Shown: positions 36,796 through 50,075, numbered from the stretch's first letter. The stretch: 64,000 bases of DNA from Callorhinchus milii (GCF_018977255.1 NW_024704742.1:114764001-114828000); one strand, 5' to 3'. The notes: generated by a model from the letters alone, not told the origin. Numbers and translations: made by a program.

Positions 36796-38849
36796 TATTT
36801 TTAGTTTCATTGGGCCTCCTGGGTCTAAGTTAATATTCCACAGCTTTATGTATATATTAATAAACATGTGAATTATATCTTCTTGAAACATAAATTGATT
36901 TACATCATAAATGAAAAAAAATTCATTTCAAAACAAGAATAGGAGTGAATCATATTATTATGCAAAACAGTGCACCCTGTGGACATATCCTACAGCAAAG
37001 ACCCAGACTCCAATTATTTTGACTGTGTTACAACAACAATTTGCATTTATACAACGCCTTTCATGTCTGGAGAGTGCACTTCACATAGCTCACTTGGAGG
37101 CGGGGTCGTGGGGGGGGCGGTGAGATGGGTGGGGGGAGCAGGGGGAGGGTGAATAGCTGGATGGAGTGTGTGAGATAGCTGGGGGGCGGGGGGGGCAGAG
37201 ATAGGGAGTTAAGTAGGGTGTGAAGGGTGGAAGGTAGGGTGGAAGAGCAGTACCTGAAATGTTTGCAGATCGCTGTGAAATATTATTTTGATTCCTCTTG
37301 TTGCTATCAACAAGATCCTGTTCTTTTGTCTCTTATCTATTCAAATTATTTCAATTAAGCGACTTGCACCTCCTCTAAATTTTTTGAGCCATTCAGTTAC
37401 TCTGCAACATGGACTCAGTCTTCCAGTTCTGTGCCTTTCTCTTGTAATGATTTACACATGACACATGCCTACACTTTAAACAATAGATTGATTACTTACA
37501 GTACATTTCAAGCGCCCATTTTCCTGAGACTAGAATCACGAATTGTTAACTGTTTAGAAAGGTATATTTGAACACATTCTTTGAGTATAACAGTAAGATA
37601 TTATTTATAAGAATAAATAATAATCATTGCATTTGGTATATTTGTTTATTTGATTTATTTGTAGGCTGCTAAAGAATTTAAAAGATTCAGGGAAAGAAGT
37701 AATGTGTAAAGAAATATTACTAACTGTCCGAGTAAAATCTAACCGGTTTTATTTTAATAGGAAATTGTATTCCAAAATTTTGACATTCTGAGTTTGAAAA
37801 AAANGCTGTTCCTGAGAGTAATCCCATGTTAAAATATTGGAAAGTCTCTATTCCAAAGTTTGTTAAATGGGATTAAGTAGTAAATAATCCCTGCTCCAGA
37901 TTAGATAAATCTCAGTGCGGTAAACCTAGTGCCCAGAACAGTAGTGTTCCCGAAGAATTGGTAGGATTCAGCAGACTCAAATCAATGTAGATCCAATCAA
38001 TTCTACAAGTCAATCTGTATTTTTAAAATTACACTATAAACCCAGTTGTTCTTCCCCAAACATCTGAAATAATCCTTGCATTTGATATAGCACGGTATCA
38101 CATCATCAAAATGTCACAAATCTCTTCAGAGGATTTTACTATGAAGTGCTGTGACCTTACTTGTCGGCAAAAATGGCAGCCCATTTGTGCACAAATCACC
38201 ACCCATGGCTCAAGCTCACACATCAATGGTGGGGAAGATCAAGCAGAGGTCTTGAAGCAGGCTGAGTTCATTGAGTGGAAGGAACAGCCAGGTCAATAGA
38301 GTTGCAGGAAGTCACAGAGGTTGGGAAGGATGAGGTGTGGAGGGATTTGAATGCGAGTATCTAGATGTGTTCAATGATTATCTTTACAATGTGCTATGGT
38401 GCAAACTCAAGAATGTAAAAACAAGATCTATCCATTGCTTTCTATAAACCTTGGAAAATCTCAATTCACTCAATCATCTAATACTGGACCAATAAATTCA
38501 ATCTTAACATAATCTGTGTTAGAGGTGTATATTTTTGGGGTCATTAAATGTGAATTTCTCTAATGTGTTCTTATTTATTTTAAAATAGAAAATATCAAGT
38601 ATAGTTGAAATCCACTTGCAGTTCTGATCAGTGATGCCTGTTATCCAGTTTCTCTACATCTGCTGTATCTCAGCAATTTCCTTATCTCAGCCATTTTTAT
38701 GTGGTGAGTCTTAAAATATTAGGGCTGGTTTCTGTGGAGCAGATGTTAAAATTACATCTCACAAGATTGATTAGGATGAATAATGCCCTTCAATCAATTT
38801 GATCTCATCCTTACAGATACCCACCCTACCATTCTCTCATCATAGCATT

Positions 38850-39560
38850 AAATGCAAGGATTATAAGATGTTCTTAAATTAAATCCAGTTTTCAGGTCTC
38901 AACGATCCTACCTAGTAACCTGTTCCCAGAATTACCTTCTGGATAAAATGAATACTTCCCAGTGTCTGTCCTGAATTTGTCCATTGCAAATCTAAATCTA
39001 AATCTAAATTGCAAATCTAAATCTAAATCTTCTTGTTCTGCTGTCTCAGTGCATCCGAAAGTATTATCATAAGAACTTAAGAAATGCTAGAAGTAAAAAG
39101 ACCAAGGTCCATCTAGTTCGCCTTCCAACTTCCTGGCCATCGCATGCACATATGTCCCAAACTACCTATGTACTATATCCCATAATGTTATTTCCTAAAA
39201 GAAAACGACCTAATCTGTATTTAGATACTATCTTATCCTGCGTTTATTTTCTCAATCTCATTTAAAATCTTATATACCTCTAACATACCTTCTGAGAAGC
39301 CTTTTTTTCAAGACTGCAGAAGTGTAGCTTGTCTAATTATTGTTCCAAGCTCATTCCTCTAACACTAGGAATCATCCTTATTGTTCTTCTCTTCACTGTC
39401 TTCATCGTGAGGGCACCTCCCCTATGCCATGCTGACCAGAATTGTACGCAGTACTCTATATATGGCCTGATCACAGCACTGGACAGCTTGAGTATAACTT
39501 CTGGGATATGATCTTAACTGATTTGGCAATATAGCGGTTTGCCTTGTTTATTCTAACAGA
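38850..39560 (-). mobile_element. Decayed CR1-like fragments
   Basis: gaccagaattgtacgcagtactc (EYCVQFWS on - strand); embedded tail catagaacttaagaaatgc. Confidence 0.65.
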
Positions 39561-39768
39561 GATTTTCAAATTTATTAATGACTTTGATAGGGTAAGTAAA
39601 GGAAATCTATTTCTCCTGATCGGTGAATCAGTAACAGTTGAGGATTAACTGTATAATTGAGGATTATCACAAGAATAAAGGAGAGGGTAGAACAAATATT
39701 TTTTACAAGAAAATTGACAGGTATTGGTTTTAAAATAGCTGGTGACACTAAGTCCGTTACTATAAGAC

Positions 39769-41160
39769 CATAAGACATAGGAGCAGGAGTAGGCCATTCG
39801 ACCCCTCGAGCCTGCCCCGCCATTCAATAAGATCATGGCTGATCTTCTAACCTAATTCCATTTACCTGCCCTATCCCCATATCCCTTAATCCCTCTATCC
39901 TTTAGAAATCTTGAATATGTTCAAGGACTGAGCATCCACAGCCTTTTGCGGTAGAGAATTCCATTAGCCTTCCTAGTTGCTTGCTGTACCTGCATATTAA
40001 CTTTTTGTGACTGGTGTACAAGGACATGTAAATCCCTCTGAACACTAACACTGCCTAGTCACTCCCCCTCTAGAAATAATCCGCTTTTCTATTTTTACTA
40101 CCTAGGTGAATAACTTCACACTTCCCCATGTTATACTCCATCTGCCACCTTCTTGCCCACTCACCAAGCCTGTCTATTCCCCTTTGCATTCTTCATCATC
40201 CTCACAGCTTATTCTCCCACCTATCTTCGTATCGTCCGCGAATTTAGATATAAGTTCTATTTCCTAACCTAAATCATTGATATAGACTGTAAATAATTGA
40301 GGACCAAGCACTGATCCTTGTGGTACTCCACTAGTCACATCCTGCCAATCTGAGAAGGACCATTTTATCCCTACTCTCTGTTTTCTTCCTGTTAGCCATT
40401 CTCCAATCCATGCTAATATATTGTCTTTAAGTCCATGTGCTCTTATCTTATGCAACAGCCTTTTATGTGGCACCTTGTGGAATGCCTTCTGGAAATCCAA
40501 ATACACCACATCTACTGGTTCCTCCCTATCTAACCTGCTAGTTACATCCTCAAAAAACTCTATAAGATTTGTTAAACATGACTTCCCTTTCGTAAAGCCA
40601 TGTTGACTCTGCCTAATCATGTTCTGATTTTCTAAGTGTCCCATGACGATGTCCCTACCACCGATGTCAGACTAACTGGTCTATAGTTCCCCATTTTTTG
40701 TCTCCTACCCTTCTTAAATATCGTCATTACTTTGCGACCTTTCAATCACTGGGAACCATTCCAGAATTCAGAGAATTTTGGAAGATCAAAAACAAAGCAT
40801 CCACTATCTCTGCAGTCACCTCTTTTAAAACCCTAGGATGCAGGCCATCAGGTCCAGGGGATTTATCGGTTTTTAATCCTATCAATTTCTCTAGTACTAA
40901 TGCTTTACTGGTGTTCATTTCTTTAAGTTCCTCACTAACATTAGCCTCCAGGTTCCCTTCTATTTTCGGTAGGTTTTCAGTGCCCTCTAACGTGAGGTCA
41001 GAAGCAAAATAATTGTTTAATGACTCTGCCATTTCTTTATTCCCCATTATAATTTCTCCTGTCTCTGCCTGCAATGGATCCACATTCACTTTTGATAGTC
41101 TCTTTCTTTTTATGTACTTGTAAGAACTTTTACAATCTGTCTTTATGTTCCTAACTGGAT
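39769..41160 (-). mobile_element. CR1-clade LINE with internal deletions
   Basis: [55 protein letters not shown]1 3' end cataagacataggagcaggagtaggccattcg at left. Confidence 0.93.
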
Positions 41161-41367
41161 TCAAAAAGGAACTAGGATAAATATGTGAGGAAAAGTATAT
41201 GAGGAAAGAGCAGGGGGCTGAGAATGGAGTGGATACAATAGCTCCAGTGTGAGATAACACTTTCAAACACAGTGAGTTGCCTCTTATGTTGTAAGTATTC
41301 TATAACTTTATCTGGGGGAGAAAAAAAACAATGACTGAATTACCTCTGGCTTATACAGACTGAACTA

Positions 41368-41793
41368 TAATAATCCTTACATTTGAAATAGCACCATTTA
41401 CATCATTGAGACATATCAAAGTGCTTCACATGAATTACTGCAAAGCGTACTGTAAAGTGACTGTGTATTTGTAGGTGGACATGACAGCCAATTAGCACAC
41501 AGCGATGCCCCACAAATAGCCATGAAGTGAGTAATGAATTTTATTTGGTTAGGGCAACAGGTGAAACTCCCTTCTCTTTTCAAATAGTACCATGGGATCT
41601 TTAACATCAACCAGAACAGGCAGATAAGTCCTTGGTTTGATATCTCATCTGAAGGATTGCAGCACCAATAATACAGAACAACCCAGCACTGCTCTGGCGT
41701 GTCAGTCAAGTCTATGAGACTCATTGACCTGGGGCTTGAACCTACAAGCTTCTGACTCGCAGGCAAGAGTGCTACCAACTGAACAAGGCTGAC
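41368..41793 (-). mobile_element. Older tRNA-derived Deu-core SINE (SacSINE1-like)
   Basis: Head tcagttggtagcactcttgcct..gagtcagaagcttgtaggttcaagcccc; body cttcagatgagat..aaaccaagg; aaagatcccatggtactatt. Confidence 0.75.
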
Positions 41794-42528
41794 ACTTATT
41801 ACATACTAAGGTAGGACCACACACAGTCCATCTAATTTGTTTTAATTTGACTATTAAATTCAATATATTTGTCTTGTAACTATTAGGCAAATTTTGCTTG
41901 GGAAATTCAAAATATTTTTACAACCAAAATTCAGAAATAGCATGGTAACACATGGTAACACAATACGATACAATGACTAAGAGTTGAAATTCTCACAGGT
42001 GCCCAACCTGCCAAGTGTGCACACTACTGCTGAGGGTAGAGTATTTCATAAAATTCCATATAATAGGTGTTGGGTGCTTGATCTTGGGAGGAGGAGGAGG
42101 AGGTAGAGGAGGTAGAGGACAAAATGGTCTAGAATCTAGATCACTTCACCTCCGAATGGAAACAAATAATAACTATCTGTGTGGGAGATAAAAGAGGAAA
42201 TCCAGGCAATAAATGCAAATTTAAAAGAGCTTGGGCGAGTAAGAGGGGAGTTGCAGGAAGTATGGGTGAGAATTGCAGGAGGTTGGGTAAGGTGAGGCAC
42301 ATTCTTCTCGTGTTCATTTCTCACAAAATGAGCATGAGAAGAATGTGCAGAAGTAGCAGGAGAATAATTATCAGTGTCAATAGTGAAGCGCCAGTGAACG
42401 ATCGATTACCTATAAAATGCAATGTGCGTGTAAAAAGAAAAAGATCTATGAGTTGCTTTCTATTTGCCTTGGTAAAGCTCACTCATTCAACCATCTAATG
42501 CTGATGTGCACCACAATTGAATCTTAAC

Positions 42529-42844
42529 ATAATAATAATAATAATAATCCTTGCATTTGATATAGCGCTTTTCACGTCGGGAGGACATCCCAAAGCGCTT
42601 CACAGAACATATTGTAAAGTGAATTGACTGTACATTTGTGGGCGAACGCGGCAGCCAAATTGCGCACAGCAATGTCCCACAAACAGTCGTAGATTGAAAA
42701 TGACCAACTTATTATTGGTTTTGGTTTTGGAGGCGTGTGGAGTAAGGAAACTTGCCCAAGGTTTCGCCCTCTGACTGGAATTGAACTCAGGTCTCTCGCT
42801 TGCAAAGCGAGTGCTCTAACCACTGAGCTACAGGACTCCACAAT
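42529..42844 (-). mobile_element. Full-length tRNA-derived SINE, same family
   Basis: Near-identical reverse complement of the 26318 copy; (TTA)n tail. Confidence 0.92.
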
Positions 42845-43059
42845 GTTCCATAATGTTCATTTGAGAAGATTTGAAGATGAGATTTTTTGTAATGTGTTTA
42901 TCAATTGTGAATTTTTCTGGCAAACCTGCCGACTGTTTCCCATTTCTGTTAACATGGAAAATATCAAGCATTGCCTGAAATTCACTTGCAGTTATGATCA
43001 GTAATGCCTGTCTTAATTCATCCAGCTTCTGTATATCTCCTGTACCTCAGTTTTAAAAA

Positions 43060-43368
43060 TAAACAATCCTTGCATTTGATATAGCACCTTTTCACGTCTT
43101 CGAGACGTCTCAAAGCGCTTCACAATATATACTGTAAAGTGTAGCGATTGTGTGTTTTGTGGGCGAAACACGGCAGCTAATTGCACACAGCAGTGTCCCA
43201 CAAACAGTCGTGGATTAAGTGACCAATTTATTATTATTATTTTGAAGGGATTATTACCCCTGGAAAGCAATCCACCAATCAACTAACAAGCGGGTTCCTA
43301 CTTACTGCTGGGTAAACAGTGGCACTTGTGTGTGTGTAGTAAGGAAATTTGCCTAAGGTTTCGCCCAG
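43060..43368 (-). mobile_element. 5'-truncated SINE, longer subfamily
   Basis: Tail, core and internal segment match the other copies. Confidence 0.85.
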
Positions 43369-45274
43369 TTTCAGTATACTCTATTATCTATACCTCACCA
43401 GATTCTATTAGTGTAAGTTCTTGTGGTTAAAAAAAAACCTCAGAAATGCAAGTGGTACATTTTGTATCAGAATTGCATCCTTTACATCCTTTAGAATGGA
43501 TATCACAGCCACCCTCTAACAATGCAGTAATCTCCCAGAACTGCACTGGAAGATCAGCTTAACTATGTAACTGAAAGTTTTGATGTGGGGCTTGACACAC
43601 CACCATCTATCCCAAAGCCTAGGGTCCCTAGCAACTAAGGCAGGCTAACACTTCATACTTCTACGATACCACCACAAACAAGGGTGAGCCCACTGAGTGG
43701 AAAAGTGATATATTAGGAATTTATACTGCCTGCTACCCTCAACAAGAGCTGCAAACTCTTGGGTTATAAACATGAAGGAGATCTTTGACTTAACAAGCTC
43801 AATCAGGTACCAAACAAGCTCAATCAGTAACATTCTCGCCTATGAATCAAAAGGTTGTGGGTTTAAGCCCCACATTGGAATTTTGAGCTCATAGTCTCGG
43901 GCAGACTAACACTTCATTGCAATGTCAGAAGGAGTATTGCATTGTCCAAGGTATTGTCCAGAGGATAAACTGAGGTTCAATTTGTCTGTTTAGGTGGGCG
44001 TTCAATAACCTATTGTATTATCTGAAAAGAGAAGTGCGTTTCTCCCAGTCTCCTGGTTAACAATCCCACAGATAAAAAACTGGCCATTCACTTTGTGGCT
44101 GTGAATGCTGATGTGAACATTGGCATTTGCCTACAAAAACACAATTATTAATTTTTACAGAAAACTCTAAAGTGCTATATTAGATGCAAGAATTATTAAG
44201 GATTATTAGTAACCACATGTTCTACAATGGGCATAAAGTGTTTAACATGGCTGGTAAAGCTCAAGAGCATGTAACCTTCAAGAAAGCTCCGCATCACCTT
44301 AGGAAACTTCAGTATTCTTCACAATATTAACACACTCTCCAACTGCATTCCACCCCATCCCCAACACACATATACAATGATGAAGTCGGTATCTCTTCTG
44401 ACAGGCTGCAAAATAAAGCTCTTCCTGGAATCAATCCCAAGGCAAGCAAAGTGAAACGGTAGAGTCCACCCTCTCCAGCAGTGAAGGGATGTGCCTGTTT
44501 GTCAGTTCTCCCGAGTACATTTGAATTTAATTTACTGTGAATTTAAGTGACTGCAGGAACTCCGCTCCAGAGGTAAATCAAGTCAGATGTTCCTAAGGGT
44601 CAATATGACATTTCTCCAGTTGTCAGGAGGAGCCCTTTTGGAGTGATTCAGACCAAAGTAGCATTAAAAAATACTACAAATTATATCCCAGTTTTAGAAA
44701 CAGCACCACAGGCATTGTCGGTTCTTATGACAGGTTTGTGCAAGGAACACAAGAGCTGCTGCAGTTGGAACATATCTGGATTAGTCCACAAACTCCACAC
44801 AGAGCCCTGGCCACATGATATCACACTTCTCATCATTACCTGGAACCCAGAATGGACACTCATGGAACAACCACCAGACTGTGCTGCCCACTGTACCACC
44901 CGTCAGAAAATAATGGATATGCTGCAGAGAATTACACCTATCTCAAAAGCAGATAATTAAAAATAAACTGAAAAGAAAATCTAGATGATAACAATATTAT
45001 CTTATCCAAAAGGTATTATATATCGGTGTGCAATATTATAAAAGTATTGCTAATCTTATAGTTAATATTATTTTGGTGTGAATTTGATTTAGTTGATAGC
45101 ATCTCTGCATCAGAAGATGCAGAGATGTTATCAGTTAAACCCTTACTTCGGACTTGAGAGTTCATTGTCTAGGCTGCCATTACAGTGCAGTGTTGGGGAG
45201 TCCCATGGTTTTGGAAATGTCATCTTTCAGATGAGGTGTTAAAACAAGGTCACCTCTGCCTCTATTCAGGTAGG

Positions 45275-45478
45275 CAAGGGTGGTCCAACCTTTTGGCTGC
45301 TGAGGGTTGGATGCCCTATTTGACAAACGTCTGTGGGTCGCATAGGCATTATTTTTGTGTTTCCCTTCCAGAAACATAACTTAACATTTACGGGTTATGG
45401 AGACAGTGGGTGGTCCAGATGAAATGGAGGGAAGGGGAAAATGAAATCGGCCCACAAGCCGCCAACTGGACCATCCTG
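45275..45478. mobile_element. hAT-like MITE inserted in an old SINE
   Basis: Ends caagggtggtccaacc...aactggaccatcctg; cggccc motif near the right end. Confidence 0.55.
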
Positions 45479-46754
45479 AAGACTGTAACGATCCTGCGAG
45501 ATTATTTGAAAAGAGAAGAGAATTTCTTCCTCTGTCCTAACTAACAAGCCTCTGGATTAATTGATCATTTACCCCAATGGCTCTCTAAAGGACCTTGTTG
45601 GTACAACAGCAGCTGCATAGGTAATCTATAAATACAGTTACTACACTTGACGGTAATTACTTTAAGAAATTTGACGTGTTAAGCACAATATAAAAACATT
45701 AACTCCTTTGTTCATTTGGGGGTTACTGATGTATAATTCGACTACTCCTGGGCCACCCAGCCTTCTATTACAATATTTTACCCAAAGAATTGCAGCAACA
45801 ACTGCCTTTAAATGCTATGCAGTTTCCCAAGTCAGAAAGGAAAGCTGTAGGAGACCCTCACTAAATGCTGTGAAAGGTTTTACATATCACAGTCCTTTTA
45901 TCATAGAAGTGTCTCTTGGTTGAATGAATTCAATTATACAGCTACCTGACTGCTAGGTTTCCACTGTTTTCCTGTTGACTGAACTGTATTTTTTTCAGAG
46001 ATGGTGGATATTAAACTCAGTACACTGACACTTCAATAAACAATAATGCAAGCACACAACACTCATTCCTTTTTGGAAAAGGTGATATGTGTGTTACATG
46101 AATGTAGGCAGCATTTGTTTTTAAATAAAGGCGACATGTATCACATTTTATCTTGCTAAGGTTTGTTTTCAATATTATTACACTAGATAAATACTGCTGC
46201 AACTGTATTTATCTATAATTCCATTACGTAACCATCAGTGGTGTGGAAAGCAAGATCAAATGGTGATTAACACATCATTATGCAATGTTGCGGACACCTT
46301 TAACTGTGCCTCTGGCACAGTAACATAACTGTAAATACAATAATTACTGGAAAATCATAGAGGCTGATTATTTTTACAAGTGTTTTCTCCTCCCTGGCAC
46401 TAAAGATAGATCACGTGGTGTATACATTTCTATTTATACATGGTATTTGACTGTAGGGCAAATGACATAACTTTGCAACATTTTGTTTTTTTTTAATACA
46501 ACAGCGGACATGGAAGCAACCACATGTGTTGTCCTTCAGGTCACGAAACTGAAAACCACAATCTTGCTGTAATACTCAGGGCATTGAGTGCAAGCTTCTG
46601 ATAGACACATTAAAAGTGACATTGCTTTTCAACATTTAGTTGCTGGATTGGTGAATCATTCCTAAAACGTATTCAATATTTTGTAATAACAGGTGGATTA
46701 TTTTATTTGCTCAATTTCGTTAAATATATTATCGTGTTTACAGTATGCAAAGCC

Positions 46755-47102
46755 TACACAGTGCAATGTTGGCATACAGTGTAACATTAGCATGCTATGA
46801 TATACATAATATTGACATGCTACACCACAGTGCGATGTTGACATCCTATAACATAGTGTAAAGCTCACATACTATGCCATATAGTCTAATATTGATGTAG
46901 TAATCTAAGGTTGACGTTCTATAACATAGAGCCATGTTAACATACTATAAAATAGTGTAATATCGAGATGCTATGATATGCAGTGTAACGTCAACATCCT
47001 ATGACATATTGTTGACATACTCTGTCTTGTGAGATACTCTGACATATAATGCCTTGTTGACATACTATGACATACCGTGTCATGATGACCCACTATGACA
47101 TG
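46755..47102. repeat. Degenerate tandem repeat of about 20 bp (tgttgacatactatgacata-like)
   Basis: Recurring ttgacat/catactat/gtgtaa motifs at roughly 20-nt spacing. Confidence 0.7.
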
Positions 47103-47390
47103 TTTCTAAGAAAACAAATCAGATGGCAACTGAACAATTCACATTATGATCTGAGTAGAGGGATATATGGCTCGTTTCAAATTGCTTTGGACACACGTTT
47201 TACGTTGGGCGGCAAAATACAAATTAAGTCTCACAGTAAACAGAAGCAGCGTTACACAAAAAAAACCTTGTGACTGAGAATTCCCTCAGAGGGCTGGAGT
47301 GAAAGGTTCACTATTTGCCAGTCTTGCTCAACACTTTGGGCTAACCTCACCCAATCACTCTGGAAACTGAGCTACTGTATTGATGATTGT

Positions 47391-47768
47391 TCAAGCGCTC
47401 CGGACCCTGTCAAGCGCTCCGAGACCCCGTCAAGCGCTCCGGACCCCGTCAAGCGCTCCGAGACCCTGTCAAGAGCTCCGAGACCCCGTCAAGTACTGTG
47501 AGACCCCGTCAAGCGCTCCGAGACCCCATCAAGCGCTCCGAGACCCTGTCAAGCGCTCCGAGACCTCGTTAAGCGCTCCGAGACCCCGTCAAGCGCTCCG
47601 AGACCCCGTCAAGCGCACCGAGACCCCGTCAAGCGCTCCGAGACCCCGTCAAGTGCTCCGAGACCCCGTCAAGCGCTCCGAGACCCCGTCAAGCGCTCCG
47701 AGACCCCGTCAAGCGCTCTGAGACCCCGTCAAGCGCTCCGAGACCCCGTCAAGCGCTCCGAGACCCCA
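47391..47768 (+). repeat. 20-bp minisatellite (tcaagcgctccgagaccccg), about 19 units
   Basis: Near-perfect tandem units seen directly. Confidence 0.97.
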
Positions 47769-48803
47769 TCTGGTGTGAAGGACACAAATAAATGCACGTT
47801 GTTGTTGTTGTTTTATGTTAGTTAGCAATGTTATTTACTGTTCACTTATTTACTTTCAATATTTGAAGGGTTGCACTCAGATCTGACCGCTAATAAATAC
47901 ATAGGCTGTAAATCACACCCCTACCCTGATAGGATACATTATTGGTTACTTTAATACTGTGACAAAGAAAACACATTGGGGCTTTGCAGTTTACTGTACA
48001 GTCGGGCTGGGAATTGTGCCTTTAAATCCCTACACGCTATTGCACGAGTAATTGTTTTCCCCAGTTTACGAGTAAAGCCGAAGCTTATCTTTATGGTTCT
48101 TTACTCAAGCTCCACAGCTAAGCGACTGCACATCGGGTCAAGGAACGTTGCTCAATACAAAAAGGCGTGTTGTGTAACTTGTCTCACATGCTCACTTCTG
48201 CTGCAGAAGTCACACAAGTGTGAACAGAATTACCAGCCGATTTCTACTGTTAACTCTACTTAAATAGGAGTCCTTCTCTGGGTGACATGTCTGGGACTTT
48301 ACTACCAATGTAAAGAAAAACTTAATGAAAGCAGGTGAAATTTCATCCAATATGTTAGAATGATTCAATCTGCCCCATTCTGGAATTAACTGAACCGAGT
48401 CAAACATTACATGTTATGGCTTTACTTCAGTGGTAAACATTTTCTTAAGAATTGCTTCCAAGGCAAATATCCTTTTAGTTGGAACAGTTGTAAGACCGAA
48501 GCATCAGACAGTTACAGTCAGAAAAGAGATCAACTGGACAGACAGATGTTCAGGCAGATAAACTGAGAGGCATATAGATAAAACACTGGGACATAACACA
48601 GGAAGATAGCTGGACAGAGACATAGCAATAATAATAATAATAATAATCCTTGCATTTGATATAGCGCTTTTCACGTCTTGTAGACGTCTCAAAGCGCTTC
48701 ACAGAATATACTCACTAGAAATCCCGAGCTGGATAGGCAGATGGGCAGGTAGATGGATGGATGGATGGATAGGACAGGTGGGTGGGTTGGTACACAGGTA
48801 CAG

Positions 48804-48834
<31 letters not shown>

Positions 48835-48967
48835 TGTGCTTCATAGACAAATACCGTACAGTAAGTAACCAGTAGCTGATCCCACGGGCAGTTTAGACAG
48901 ACAGAGACCGAGAGAGAGAGAGAGAGAGAGAGAGGACAGGCAGTGAGTGTGAGTGTGAGAGCCGTAC

Positions 48968-49243
48968 CTGCTTGTGCGGGGTCTCTTTGCCCACAGCGGG
49001 GGGTTTGGGTGCGGGTACCTGCTCGCAGGTGCAGCCCTCGATCAGGTAGATCCCGGCGGGTCTGTGACTCTGGTCGTTGTCAAAGTAGAAGAGCACATTC
49101 TGGTAGAGGGCGAACCACTTGTCGTGCCACCGGCTGTTCTCCGCCGTCTTCTTGCTCAGGAACCCGCGCTTCGTCCCCTCTTTGCGCGCAACGAGCGCCA
49201 AGTGCAGAGCGTGTCCTTCATTGTATCTGACGCTCTTCTGCAT
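48968..49243 (-). CDS. RASGRF2: RASGRF2 coding exon 1 (N-terminal PH domain)
   Basis: Translates [54 protein letters not shown]...KQ, the RasGRF2 N-terminus; ATG at 49243; GT donor at 48967-48966; 276 nt, phase 0; CpG-rich. Confidence 0.97.
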
Positions 49244-49526
49244 CTTCCGTCCGCGGGTCACTTCGGGGGAGGGGGGGGGAGGGGGGGAATTGGGGGGGAA
49301 AAAAAAGGGGGGAGTTTTTTTTCTTATATGTATGTATATATATATATATATATATATATAAAGAACTATTTCCTTTCCACCATCGTTCAGTTGTAAATTG
49401 GTTCCTCCGGAGTGTGGAATGAATGGAGAGAGAGAGAGAGAGCACTCACTCACTCACTCACTCACGGTTACTGCGCTGTGGAAGGGCTTCTGCATCTCCA
49501 GAAAGTGCAGTGATCTCTCTCTCCAA

Positions 49527-49801
49527 ACTCACACTCACTCACACTCACTCTCACACACACACTCCACACACTCACTCACACACTCTCACACTCTCACTCA
49601 CACACTCACACTCACACTCTCACTCACACACTCACACTCACACACTCACTCACACACTCACACTCACACACTCACTCACACACTCACTCTCACACACACA
49701 CTCACACACTCTCACACACACTCACTCTCACACACTCACTCACACACTCACTCTCACACACACACTCACACACTCTCACACTCTCACTCACACACTCACA
49801 C
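49527..49801. repeat. Compound (CA)/(CACT)/(CACACT) microsatellite
   Basis: Continuous cactcacacactca-type low-complexity tract. Confidence 0.95.
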
Positions 49802-50075
49802 AGGGGGAAGACATCCAGAGCCAACTCCGAGGGATGAGATGTGATGTGAGAGAGAGACAGAGAGAAGTCTGGTTATAAACTCCTACCCACAGCCACACAC
49901 TGACACACACTGACACACAGAGTGTGGTGAGCACTCACTCACTCACTCACACATGAGAAAGACAGGAAGACTGAAGGAAAATCCTGTCTGTGTGTGTGTG
50001 GGGAACAGAAGGTAAAAGGGAATCACGTGGGAGATCAGCTGTAATCGGCTTTGACACCAATTTAAAGCGACAGAT

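Noticed and set aside
37804..37804. Single ambiguous base n
   Set aside because: Assembly ambiguity at the end of a poly-A run, not biological
38983..39030. (aaatct)n duplication
   Set aside because: Ordinary slippage duplication inside a decayed CR1 fragment
44643..44960. 105-aa ORF in apparently unique sequence
   Set aside because: Non-ATG start, no recognisable domain, antisense within intron 1
47391..47768. CRISPR-like regular repeat or repetitive ORFs
   Set aside because: Head-to-tail units with no unique spacers, no cas genes, vertebrate intron
48968..49243. RASGRF1 as an alternative identity
   Set aside because: [37 protein letters not shown] and [10 protein letters not shown] fit RASGRF2 rather than RASGRF1 as I recall the sequences
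49398..49878. His/Thr/Ser-rich ORFs
   Set aside because: Translation of the CA/CACT microsatellite
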